DNA of 32,000 nucleotides from Gemmataceae bacterium (GTDB lineage Bacteria > Planctomycetota > Planctomycetia > Gemmatales > Gemmataceae): the NCBI GenBank assembly GCA_035553375.1, contig DATNCY010000159.1, positions 34,653 to 66,652 on the forward strand. The letters run 5' to 3'. How positions within the stretch are numbered: the first letter of the stretch is position 1; every line of letters begins with the position of its first letter. The position numbers and the translations under genes were made by a program. This document shows, piece after piece, positions 14,782 through 23,378 of this stretch. The notes beneath the pieces are model-generated. The model was not told the DNA's origin and did not search any database. It saw only the letters and a program-made list of their open reading frames with translations.

Positions 14782-17700
14782 ATGGCATGGCCGCTCTCGC
14801 AGGATTACAACGAAGCGCTGCAAAACCCCCAAACCAGTTTTAGCGACCCCGAGTTGCGCCAGGGCCAAGTTGTTACCAACGTCCTCGGTATTCCGCAACC
14901 CTGCTCCGGCAACTTCGCCGATGTCTATGCCGTCGAGTGTGAGGCCAGCAAAACCAAGTGGGCCGTCAAGTGTTTCACTCGGGAGGTCCACGGCCTGCGC
15001 GAACGCTACAGCGAAATCAGCAAGTATTTGCAGCAGGTTCGCTTGCCGTTCACCGTCGATTTTCAGTACCTCGAACAGGGCATTCGCATCGCCGGCCGTT
15101 GGTATCCCATCCTCAAAATGCACTGGGTCGAGGGCTTCACCCTCAATGCCTTCGTTCGCGACATGCTCGACAAGCCGGCCATGCTCGATGCGCTAGGGCA
15201 AATCTGGCTGCGCATGGGCCGGCGTTTGCGTGAGGCGAATCTAGGCCATTGCGATTTGCAACATGGCAATGTTTTGCTGGTGCCCGGCAGCACGGCGCAA
15301 TCGCTGGCCGTCAAGCTGATCGATTACGATGGCATGTGGGTTCCCGCGTTGGCCAAGACGCCATCGGGCGAAGTCGGCCACCCCGCCTATCAGCACCCTC
15401 AACGCTTGCGCGACGGTACTTACAACGCCGAGGTGGATCGCTTTCCTCTGCTGGTCATCGCCACGGCGCTACGCTGTCTGCGCGTCGGCGGCCGGGCGCT
15501 GTGGGAGCGCTACGATACCGGCGATAATATGCTGTTTCGTGAGGTGGACCTACGTGCGCCGGCGGAATCGGCGCTGTTTGCCGAACTACGGCAGATCAAC
15601 GATCCGCTTGCCCGTTCGCTGGTGGAGCAGCTAGTGCAGGCCAGCCAAAAGCCACTCGACCAAACGCCGCTTTTACAAGAGTTGTTCCCCGACGAGAAGC
15701 CGGCCGTGTCCGCGGGGACGCGCGGCAAACCGCAGGCGGCGCGGACCACTGCGGCGGTGACAACCGAGCCGAACGCCTTCCAAGATATTGAAACGACAAG
15801 CACGGGGAAGCGTTCACGCCGCAAAACGAATAGCGCCAAAAGAACCTCTGTCGTCCCGTGGATCGTGGGCGGCGTCGTGGCGGCCTGCATCCTTATCGGA
15901 AGCGGATTGTTCTGGGTGCTGCACTCCAAGAGTGCGCGCGACAAGACTCTTCCCACACCAGACCTCCGGCAAGCGCAAGCGCTCCGCGGCGAACTGGTGA
16001 AAAAGCCCGAAGACAACCTCCCACCGCAACCTGTCGAGAGACCGACGGACAAGAATCCCGAGAACAAGCGTCCCAAGCCGGCGATGGTTCAACTCCTTGA
16101 TGGTCCTCCCGGCGAAGTGCGGCGTTTCGAGGGACACGCGGGCGATGTGATCGACGTTGCCTTCTCGGGTGACGGTAAACGCGCTCTCACGGCCAGCGCG
16201 GACAAGTCGGTGCGCTTGTGGGATGTCGCCAGCGGCGAGACGATCCACATCCTGAATGGCCATACGCAAATGGTCTGGAGCGTCGCCTTTTCTCCCGACG
16301 GCAAACGCGCCGTCTCGGCCGGCTATGACAGCACGGTTCGCGTGTGGGATCTGGACAAAGGCGAGCAACTCCGCGCCATCACCGGCTATCCGGGGGCTGT
16401 TCGCCGAGCCGTGTTCACAGCGGATGGCCGGCAGGTCATCGCGGCGGGGATGGGCAAAAGCGTCCGCCGGTGCGACGCCATGACGGGGGCGGAAGTCAGC
16501 CAGTATGCGGGGAGCCAGGCCGATAACTATTGCTTGGCGTTGGCTCCCAAAGGCGATGTCGTTTTGGCCGGCGAAGGCGATAACATCGTTCATTGCTGGA
16601 ACGTCGCCGATGGACGTGAACTGGATCCCTACAAGGGCAGTATCAGCCATGTGTATGCCCTCGACTGCTCGCATGACGGCCAATTGATCGCGGCGGCTGG
16701 CGGCGATCCGGTTGTACGCATCTGGCGTGCCTCGGATCGCACGTTGCTGCACAGTCTGGCGGGACATAGTGCGCAGGTGAACGCGGTTCGTTTCACGCCG
16801 GATGGCCGGTTGCTGTCGGCCAGCCACGATCAGACGGTTCGCCTGTGGGACATGGCGACGGGACGCGAATTGGCGCGTTTTTACGGACCTGAAGGGTGCA
16901 AAATGCTGAGCGTGGCCGTTTCGCCGGACGGCCGCCATTTCCTATCGGGCGGCTCGGATAAGATGATGCGACTGTGGCGTTTGCCACCTGCGGATGTTTT
17001 GGCGAGCAAACCCGATGATCCTGCCAAGCAGATTCAACCATTCGAGGGACACACGGCCGAGATCAACGGCGTGACCTTCGCGCCCGATGGCCGGCTCGCC
17101 CTGTCCGGCAGTAGCGACGGGATCGTGCGCCTGTGGGATCTGCCGGCCGGCAAAGAAGTGAGACAGTTGACCGGCCACCAGGACAAGGTTCAGAGCGTGG
17201 CCTTCTCGCCGGATGGCCGTTTGGCCCTCACCGGGGCCTTGGATAAGACGGCTCGCATTTGGGATGTGGGCGAGGGGCGAGAATTGTTTTGCTTCCGCGG
17301 GCATAACGACTGGGTCCGCAGCGTCGCCTTTTCGCCGGACGGCAAGCGAGCGCTGACGGCCAGCGGTGGTCCAGGCAACGTGGACTGCACCGTTCGATTG
17401 TGGGATGTTGCCGATGGGAAAGAAATCCAGACCTTGCGCGGCCACAACAAGCCGGTCACGGCCGCCGTCTTTTCTCCGGACGGCCGCCGGGCCATCTCCG
17501 GCAGCGATGATGGAACCGTCCGGCTATGGGATCTGGCCGACGGTCGCGAAGTGCGGAAATACACGGGGCATCTAGGGTTCGTCTATGGTATCGCTGTATC
17601 CGGCGATGGCCGGCTCGCCGCCTCGGTGGGCGATGACAAGACGGTGCGACTCTGGGATCTGCAAGGCGAGAAGGAACTACTTCGCCTGGATGGACACACC

Positions 17701-19362
17701 GATCTGACCATGTGCGCCGCCTTCTCTCCTGACAGTCGCCGCATCCTCTCCGGCAGTCTGGACAAGACGTTGCGACTCTGGGATACGGCGACCGGGCGCG
17801 AATTGGCGTCTTTCAAGGAAAGTCAGGCGGGCGTGAAATGCGTGGCCTTTTCTCCAGACGGTCGCCATGCCTTGTCGGGAGGGCTGGACAAATTAATGCG
17901 ACTGTGGCGATTGCCCTTCGCTCCGCTGATGTTCGGCCGACCAGTCGAAATCAAGACGGAGCCGGCTCCGCCCCCGCCTCCAGTTGCGGCGAAGCTGCCC
18001 GTGCCGGACAAGGATGCTCAGAAGAAGTGGACCGATGACATCCGCGAGAAATATAAGCTCTCCTACGCCTCCAAGGATTCGGCCGACCTCGCCGCCCTTG
18101 CCGATAAGCTGTTTGCCCACGGAATGAAAAAGACTGAGCAATCGGAGGGGCGTTACATTTATCTTGTCGAAGCCTCCGACGTGGCGGCCAAGGCCGCCGA
18201 TCCGGTTCTGAGTCTGCGTGCCGTGGATGAGTTGGGCAAACTCTTCGTCATTGCGGAACTGCCGATGAAGGCCGTCGCGCTCCAGACGGCGGTAAAGGCG
18301 GCGAAGACGCTCAGCGCGAACAAGGCCATTCTCGAATCGGCCCTCCCCCTGCTCGCCGAGGCGATTGAGACAGACGATTACGACGCCGGCGAACGTCTTG
18401 CCAAGACAGCCGAAGCGGCAGGTTATCAGACCCGCGACTCCACCAGGAGAATTCTCTTTCTCGCCAACGAGGTGAAGCGCTTGAAGCGCTTGAAGCCGAA
18501 ATACCCGGCCGTCAAACTGGCTCTCGAAACGCTCGTGAAGGAGCCGAACGATCCCAGGGCGAACGGCATCGTGGGAAGTTTTCGCTGCTTCGACAAAGGC
18601 GACTGGGCGCGAGGATTGCCCCTACTCGCTCTGGGCGATGACGCCAAAATCAAAACCCTTGCCGAGCAAGACTTGGCCGCGCCGCAGACAGCCGACGCGC
18701 GGGCGGCTGTGGGCGATGGCTGGTGGAACCTCGCTCAACCAAGGGCGAAGGGAGCGGTGAAAGCGAACATCCAGCAGCGAGCCTGTTACTGGTATGTGCT
18801 TGCGCTGGCGGATGCAGCGGAGAAAAACCGCGTCCGCTTGGAGAAACGCATTCGGGGATATAATAATGATTATCCAACCGCGGCGTGGGAACACCTGGAC
18901 ATCTCTCAGGCGACCGTGACGCTCGGAGCCTTGCGGCTGGACAAGAAGGCCAAGCAAATCATCACGCGCGAGTCCTATTCGGGGCCGATCGAAGTCACGG
19001 TACTCACCAGCACCGAGAAGAATAATATCCGTCTTTATGGCGGCAAAGGGGCTTATGTAATCTTCAACCACGAAAGCGAGCCGGGAGGGTTGGAGTTGGG
19101 GCGGCCCGATGGCGAGCAGCCATATACAGGCAGCAAGGTCCGCAGCCGATTGCAACCGCCCCTTCGCCCGAAAACCTGGTATCTCTTGAGTTGGCGTATC
19201 TCCGAGGAAGGCATGAGCGCCGGAGTCAATGGGCGCGTGGCCTACTCCGAGGACCACAAGAATAACTTGTCAGGGAAATATCCAATTCACCTCCAGACGT
19301 TTGACTCCGATATTGAAATACTGTCCTTCACGGTTCGGCCCCTCAAGAAGAAATCGAACTGA
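14782..19362 (+). CDS. Atypical protein-kinase-fold domain / TM helix / 14 WD40 repeats (two 7-blade propellers) / large C-terminal domain protein
   Basis: ATG at 14782. The N-terminal kinase-like motifs are GNFADVYAV, KWAVKCF, GHCDLQHGNVLLV and KLIDYDGMW. The TM helix VVPWIVGGVVAACILIGSGLFWVL lies at about nt 15850-15925. Fourteen blades end in VRLWDV-type motifs across about nt 16110-17925. The ~480-aa C-terminal region includes GDWARGLPLLALGDD. Confidence 0.9.
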   Translation: MAWPLSQDYNEALQNPQTSFSDPELRQGQVVTNVLGIPQPCSGNFADVYAVECEASKTKWAVKCFTREVHGLRERYSEISKYLQQVRLPFTVDFQYLEQGIRIAGRWYPILKMHWVEGFTLNAFVRDMLDKPAMLDALGQIWLRMGRRLREANLGHCDLQHGNVLLVPGSTAQSLAVKLIDYDGMWVPALAKTPSGEVGHPAYQHPQRLRDGTYNAEVDRFPLLVIATALRCLRVGGRALWERYDTGDNMLFREVDLRAPAESALFAELRQINDPLARSLVEQLVQASQKPLDQTPLLQELFPDEKPAVSAGTRGKPQAARTTAAVTTEPNAFQDIETTSTGKRSRRKTNSAKRTSVVPWIVGGVVAACILIGSGLFWVLHSKSARDKTLPTPDLRQAQALRGELVKKPEDNLPPQPVERPTDKNPENKRPKPAMVQLLDGPPGEVRRFEGHAGDVIDVAFSGDGKRALTASADKSVRLWDVASGETIHILNGHTQMVWSVAFSPDGKRAVSAGYDSTVRVWDLDKGEQLRAITGYPGAVRRAVFTADGRQVIAAGMGKSVRRCDAMTGAEVSQYAGSQADNYCLALAPKGDVVLAGEGDNIVHCWNVADGRELDPYKGSISHVYALDCSHDGQLIAAAGGDPVVRIWRASDRTLLHSLAGHSAQVNAVRFTPDGRLLSASHDQTVRLWDMATGRELARFYGPEGCKMLSVAVSPDGRHFLSGGSDKMMRLWRLPPADVLASKPDDPAKQIQPFEGHTAEINGVTFAPDGRLALSGSSDGIVRLWDLPAGKEVRQLTGHQDKVQSVAFSPDGRLALTGALDKTARIWDVGEGRELFCFRGHNDWVRSVAFSPDGKRALTASGGPGNVDCTVRLWDVADGKEIQTLRGHNKPVTAAVFSPDGRRAISGSDDGTVRLWDLADGREVRKYTGHLGFVYGIAVSGDGRLAASVGDDKTVRLWDLQGEKELLRLDGHTDLTMCAAFSPDSRRILSGSLDKTLRLWDTATGRELASFKESQAGVKCVAFSPDGRHALSGGLDKLMRLWRLPFAPLMFGRPVEIKTEPAPPPPPVAAKLPVPDKDAQKKWTDDIREKYKLSYASKDSADLAALADKLFAHGMKKTEQSEGRYIYLVEASDVAAKAADPVLSLRAVDELGKLFVIAELPMKAVALQTAVKAAKTLSANKAILESALPLLAEAIETDDYDAGERLAKTAEAAGYQTRDSTRRILFLANEVKRLKRLKPKYPAVKLALETLVKEPNDPRANGIVGSFRCFDKGDWARGLPLLALGDDAKIKTLAEQDLAAPQTADARAAVGDGWWNLAQPRAKGAVKANIQQRACYWYVLALADAAEKNRVRLEKRIRGYNNDYPTAAWEHLDISQATVTLGALRLDKKAKQIITRESYSGPIEVTVLTSTEKNNIRLYGGKGAYVIFNHESEPGGLELGRPDGEQPYTGSKVRSRLQPPLRPKTWYLLSWRISEEGMSAGVNGRVAYSEDHKNNLSGKYPIHLQTFDSDIEILSFTVRPLKKKSN

Positions 19363-19424
19363 GGACAACCGCTGATGCGGCGGGACGCCGGGCGGTGTGG
19401 AAGGAAGCCTTGAAGGAGTGGAAC

Positions 19425-19721
19425 ATGAAAGAATCCCAACAAGTCTTGGAATGGATCAATATGGGACGAGCCGAAGGGCGGGCTGAAGGACGGACTGAAG
19501 GACGGACCGAGGGACGAGCCGAGGGGCGAACCGAGGGGCGAGCCGAGGGCGAAGCGAGTGCCTTGCTGCGCTTGTTGGCCAAGCGGTTCCCGCCGGGAGC
19601 GCCGGTGGATTTGGCCGCGAAGATTCAGCAGACTACGGAACTGGAACATCTGCAAAATTGGTTCGATCTGGCATGGGCAGTCGATTCGCTCGACGCTTTC
19701 CGCCAGGCGGCCTCGCTGTGA
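19425..19721 (+). CDS. Small DUF4351-like protein with expanded GR(A/T)E repeat
   Basis: ATG at 19425 is preceded by GAAGGAG with 6-nt spacing. The GTG at 19395 is the alternative start. The sequence ...EGRAEGRTEGR...EGEASALLRLLAKRFPPGAPVDLAAKIQQTTELEHLQNWFDLAWAVDSLDAFRQAA matches my memory of the DUF4351 C-terminal module of Rpn/YhgA-like PD-(D/E)XK proteins. The nuclease part is absent. Confidence 0.65.
   Translation: MKESQQVLEWINMGRAEGRAEGRTEGRTEGRAEGRTEGRAEGEASALLRLLAKRFPPGAPVDLAAKIQQTTELEHLQNWFDLAWAVDSLDAFRQAASL
19464..19547 (+). repeat. In-frame 12-nt tandem repeat, 7 copies (GGRCGRRCYGAR, encoding GRAE/GRTE)
   Basis: Read directly from the sequence: gga cga gcc gaa / ggg cgg gct gaa / gga cgg act gaa / gga cgg acc gag / gga cga gcc gag / ggg cga acc gag / ggg cga gcc gag. 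Confidence 0.95.
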
Positions 19722-19730
19722 GTGGATGAG

Positions 19731-20783
19731 CTACAATTCGAGATGCTTTCGCGCATACACCAGGCTCTTGCGCACGTTCTCTTCCTCCATGGCGAGTTGT
19801 TCCTTCTGGCTGCGACCGCTGATATGCGGCAGCGCTTGCTTGTGCTTGCGAACCAGCGCCAGCGTGCGGGCGAGAGTGCGGCCGGATACATTCGCGGCAG
19901 TCGCCCAGTATTTGTCGCTCAAACAAGGCACACGCAGCGGATCGCGGGTGATCATCTCCAGGTTGAAGCGGATGTCCGGCCGCGCTTCGCGGAGGAGGCG
20001 AACCATCTTCGGCAGATCGAGGAAGCCCTCGCCTAGCGGCACTTCCGCCAGCAGGAACCCATCCTCATATTCGGCGACGGCCATATCTTTCAGATGCACC
20101 GTGAAGGCGCGCGGAGCAAGTTGCCGTACCACTTCCAGTGGGTCTTCCAGCAGCGCGATGCTGTTGCCGGTATCGACGCATACACCGACATTCCGGCTGT
20201 CCAGACGCTTGAGCAGAGCGAGCAGTTCGCCGGTGCGATAATCCTTGTGATTTTCGATCGCCAACAGCATGTCGTGCTTGGCGACAACCGGCTCGGCCAG
20301 CTTCACCGACTTTTCGGCGCGATCCGCCGCAGCACGAAAATCTTCAATACTGGTGAATTGCTCGTAGCGGCGTCCGCCCATCAGCACGGTGCGCAGAACC
20401 TTTGCCCCGGCATCGCGGGCAGCTCGCGTCTCCGCCGTGAAGCGATCGAGGTCCATGCGATCCTTCGGCAGACGGATCGTGCCTTCCAGGTCCATGCCAT
20501 TGTCTTCGACCTTCTTGCGGAGCTTAGCGAGGTAGTCCTTGTCGCGCAGGCCGATGGCGGTTTGTACGCCGCCAGCCCCTAGCTCGCGACAATGTTCGAC
20601 GAACGCCAGGGGATCGTTGAAGCCGGTTTTGCCGGCGGCGCGGTCGGCCGCTAACCGCAGGGCATAGGAATACTGCACCACGCCCAGACGCTTGCGCTTG
20701 TCCTCGTCGGCCGCGCCGGCCAAGGCTTGCGCGAATGGCAGCGCCGCGGCGGCCGCGAGAAATTGTCGTCGATTACCGATCAT
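19731..20783 (-). CDS. Tat-signal sugar phosphate isomerase/epimerase (xylose isomerase-like TIM barrel)
   Basis: The ATG at 20783 gives MIGNRRQFLAAAAALPFAQALAGA, which carries a Tat motif, and avoids overlap with the upstream stop at 20788. The body shows TIM-barrel family features (LAIENH, GVCVDTGNS). Confidence 0.85.
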   Translation of the reverse strand: MIGNRRQFLAAAAALPFAQALAGAADEDKRKRLGVVQYSYALRLAADRAAGKTGFNDPLAFVEHCRELGAGGVQTAIGLRDKDYLAKLRKKVEDNGMDLEGTIRLPKDRMDLDRFTAETRAARDAGAKVLRTVLMGGRRYEQFTSIEDFRAAADRAEKSVKLAEPVVAKHDMLLAIENHKDYRTGELLALLKRLDSRNVGVCVDTGNSIALLEDPLEVVRQLAPRAFTVHLKDMAVAEYEDGFLLAEVPLGEGFLDLPKMVRLLREARPDIRFNLEMITRDPLRVPCLSDKYWATAANVSGRTLARTLALVRKHKQALPHISGRSQKEQLAMEEENVRKSLVYARKHLEL

Positions 20784-20787
20784 AACT

Positions 20788-22176
20788 TTATCCCACACCC
20801 AGCGCTTTCAACTCCGCGTCCCAGGGAGCGCGGTAGGGTCTCACAAGCAACTTTGCCGCCTCTGCGTCGTCAAGAATAGCTTCTTTATCGGCATCCCAAC
20901 GAATGCGCCGACCCAGACGAAGAGATAGGTTCGCCAAATGACACGCCGTTGCCACGCGATGGCCACTTTCGAGATCGGAAATAGGTTCCTTGCGCGACTT
21001 GATGCAATCGAGAAAGTCGCGCACATGCTGTTTGAACTGCCCTCGGCCATCGCCGCTTTTATCGACGAGAGGCTTCGTCCACAACTGCGGCGGCCTCGTA
21101 TCCTTGACGCCGACCGGCCCGCCAACGGGGTGCGCTCCGGTGAACTGCGGCACCGTGTTCTCCGGCGGAATCTTGCGATCCGCCGTCACCGTGAAGCCGC
21201 TGCGCGAAATGGCCAGGCTGCCCCGCGAACCGAAAAACTCCAGCGGAGCCGCACCAGCCAAACCCTTGCATGCTTCGCGATGCGACCACACCGCCGTCCA
21301 GCTGGGGTACTCGAACAGGGTATCTTGCGTGTCCGGTGTCTCGCCGTTGTCTTGCAGGCAGAAGCGCCCGCCGATGCTCGTCACCGACTTTGGCCCCTTC
21401 ACGCCAAGATACCAGTGAACAATGTCCAGCGCGTGCTGGCCGAGGTTGGTCATCTGCCCGCCGGAATAATCCCAGAACCAGCGAAAATGATAGATGGCAC
21501 GATTCGGGTTGTACTTCCGCAGCGGTGCGGGACCAAGCCACAGATTCCAGTCGAGTTCACGCGGCGGATCGCCATCGGCGGGCCGGCCGTAACCGGGCAT
21601 GATGTTGCGATACGCTTGCATGCGCACGGAGCAAACCTTGCCGATATGCCCGCCGCGAATCAATTCCCTCGCCTTCTGGTAGTGTGTGCCGGAACGCTGC
21701 TGCGTGCCCACCTGCACCACGCGGCGATGACGTTTGGCCACGCCCACCATCCAACGGCCCTCGCGGACAAACAATGTCAGCGGCTTCTCGACATACACGT
21801 CCTTGCCAGCGGCGCAAGCGATCATCGTCATCAGCGCGTGCCAGTGGTCCGGCGTCGAAATCACCACGGCATCGATATGCCGATCTTCCAGCAGTTTGCG
21901 GAAATCGCCGTGCCCACGTACCGAACCACCGATCAACGTCTTCGCTTCATCGAGCCGGCCGCGATGGACCTCGGCGACGCCAAGGATCTCAACGTCGGAC
22001 TGTTCCTTGAAATCGAGAACGTGCCGCTTGCCGATCAACCCATAGCCAATGAAGCCGACGCCGATGCGCTCGTTGGCACCGTAGACGCGCTCATAGCTGG
22101 CGGCGGTGAGAAGCGCGGCCGCCGTGCCCTGCATGAACGTGCGACGACGGAGAGACAATCCCGATGATCCATCCAC
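20788..22176 (-). CDS. Tat-signal Gfo/Idh/MocA family oxidoreductase
   Basis: GTG start at 22176 is preceded by AGGAG. The Tat motif is SLRRRTFMQGTAAALL. The Rossmann N-terminus is IGVGFIGYGLIGKRHVLDF. The 462-aa length is typical of the planctomycete periplasmic paralogues. Confidence 0.9.
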   Translation of the reverse strand: MDGSSGLSLRRRTFMQGTAAALLTAASYERVYGANERIGVGFIGYGLIGKRHVLDFKEQSDVEILGVAEVHRGRLDEAKTLIGGSVRGHGDFRKLLEDRHIDAVVISTPDHWHALMTMIACAAGKDVYVEKPLTLFVREGRWMVGVAKRHRRVVQVGTQQRSGTHYQKARELIRGGHIGKVCSVRMQAYRNIMPGYGRPADGDPPRELDWNLWLGPAPLRKYNPNRAIYHFRWFWDYSGGQMTNLGQHALDIVHWYLGVKGPKSVTSIGGRFCLQDNGETPDTQDTLFEYPSWTAVWSHREACKGLAGAAPLEFFGSRGSLAISRSGFTVTADRKIPPENTVPQFTGAHPVGGPVGVKDTRPPQLWTKPLVDKSGDGRGQFKQHVRDFLDCIKSRKEPISDLESGHRVATACHLANLSLRLGRRIRWDADKEAILDDAEAAKLLVRPYRAPWDAELKALGVG

Positions 22177-22331
22177 GAAGTAGGCTCCTGAATGTCGAGG
22201 AGGACGAAGGATGACTTCATTATGCCAGCGCGGGGAGCGCGGGCCAACGAAAACCTTTTACATGCCTCCGTTCGGGATGCGTGAATGGTTTCTGATAGTT
22301 CGCCCTTTTTCGTAAGATGCGAGGCAAAGAA

Positions 22332-22424
22332 GTAGGTCCAGCTTGCCGAGCTGGACCTGTTGTATCCGCGACCTACTCCGGTGATCCGTGACCGTACAGG
22401 TCCAGCTCGGCAAGCTGGACCTAC
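22332..22424. repeat. Pair of inverted 28-nt hairpin elements in a 439-nt divergent intergenic region
   Basis: GTAGGTCCAGCTTGCCGAGCTGGACCTG lies at 22332-22359. Its exact reverse complement CAGGTCCAGCTCGGCAAGCTGGACCTAC lies at 22397-22424. Each copy is itself a hairpin with a 10-bp stem and a 5-nt loop. The spacer is 37 nt. Confidence 0.9.
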
Positions 22425-22615
22425 TACCAAGCCCGAGCGCTCTACCATCAACAGACTGGCAGAATTCGCGTATGCCTCCCGCCGTCGTCGGCATCGCTTC
22501 ACGGCAAGGCGTGAAGCCGTATCGCCGCGCTCGCCTCAACGGAATACCTTGATCTTGTAGGATAAGGACAGGATGCCGCGACGGAATCGCCCGTGAAACA
22601 TCGGAGGTTGACGCC

Positions 22616-23374
22616 ATGACTCCTCGCACCATCCGCACCTTCGCCGACGCCGAATCGCTGGGCGAGGCGGCCGCACACGAGTTCGTTCGCTGCGCCTGTG
22701 AAGCCGTCGCCGCGCGCGGTCGCTTCGCCGTGGCACTGTCGGGCGGTTCGACGCCGCGCCGTCTCTATCAGCTGTTGGCCGCTGAGCCGTTACGCGCTCA
22801 GGTGGATTGGAGCCGCGTTGAAATCTTCTGGGGCGATGAACGCTGTGTGCCGCCTGAGGATCCCGAATCGAATTATCGCATGGCAAGCGAGGCCATGCTG
22901 GCGCAGCTGCCCATTCCGGCGGAACACATTCATCGCCTGGAGGCAGAGCGCGCGGCGCGCGATTACGAAGCCACCATCGCCCGCGTGTTCGGCGAGACGG
23001 TTGGTGGCGAGCCGCCGGCCTTCGATCTGATTCTGCTGGGCATGGGGCCGGACGGTCACACGGCCTCGCTCTTTCCGCATACGGATGCGTTGCGCGAGAC
23101 GACGCGCTGGGTGGTCGCCAACCACGTTCCGCAGCTAAACACCAATCGCCTGACGTTGACACGGCCGATTCTCAACCGTGCCCGCGAAGTGCTGTTTCTC
23201 GTGGCCGGTGCCGACAAGGCCGAGCGATTGGTCGAGGTGCTTCTCGGTCCTGCCGATCCGCTGCGCCTGCCCTCGCAGTCGATCCAACCGGCCGGGCAAC
23301 TCGTCTGGTTCATCGATCGCGCCGCGGCCGACCGCCTGCCGCCGTCCCTCCTCCGAGAAAATATGCAAGGATAA
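22616..23374 (+). CDS. pgl: 6-phosphogluconolactonase
   Basis: ATG at 22616 lies 8 nt after GGAGG. Motifs seen are FAVALSGGSTPRRLYQLLA, WSRVEIFWGDERCVPPEDPESNY and FDLILLGMGPDGHTASLFP. Confidence 0.9.
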   Translation: MTPRTIRTFADAESLGEAAAHEFVRCACEAVAARGRFAVALSGGSTPRRLYQLLAAEPLRAQVDWSRVEIFWGDERCVPPEDPESNYRMASEAMLAQLPIPAEHIHRLEAERAARDYEATIARVFGETVGGEPPAFDLILLGMGPDGHTASLFPHTDALRETTRWVVANHVPQLNTNRLTLTRPILNRAREVLFLVAGADKAERLVEVLLGPADPLRLPSQSIQPAGQLVWFIDRAAADRLPPSLLRENMQG

Positions 23375-23378
23375 ACGT

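Noticed and set aside
15814-16938. 374-aa minus-strand ORF, plus several other 100-280-aa antisense ORFs (3701..4546, 13548..14237, 24653..25486, 25499..26173)
   Set aside because: All are nested antisense within long ORFs that carry clear domain motifs. Their composition is typical of GC-rich shadow frames.
19343-19582. 79-aa minus-strand ORF with SARPSVRP repeats
   Set aside because: It is simply the antisense reading of the 12-nt tandem repeat inside the DUF4351-like gene.
20938-22167. 409-aa plus-strand ORF
   Set aside because: It is antisense to the well-supported Gfo/Idh/MocA gene. Its composition is low-complexity and Arg/Ala/His-rich, and it has no start context.
22425-22470. tRNA-like fragment on the minus strand (TGGTAGAGCGCTCGG resembles a tRNA D-arm/anticodon-stem junction)
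   Set aside because: I could not build a cloverleaf. There is no matching D-stem 5-prime half, no complementary anticodon stem, and no T-arm GGTTCGAATCC-like motif or acceptor pairing.
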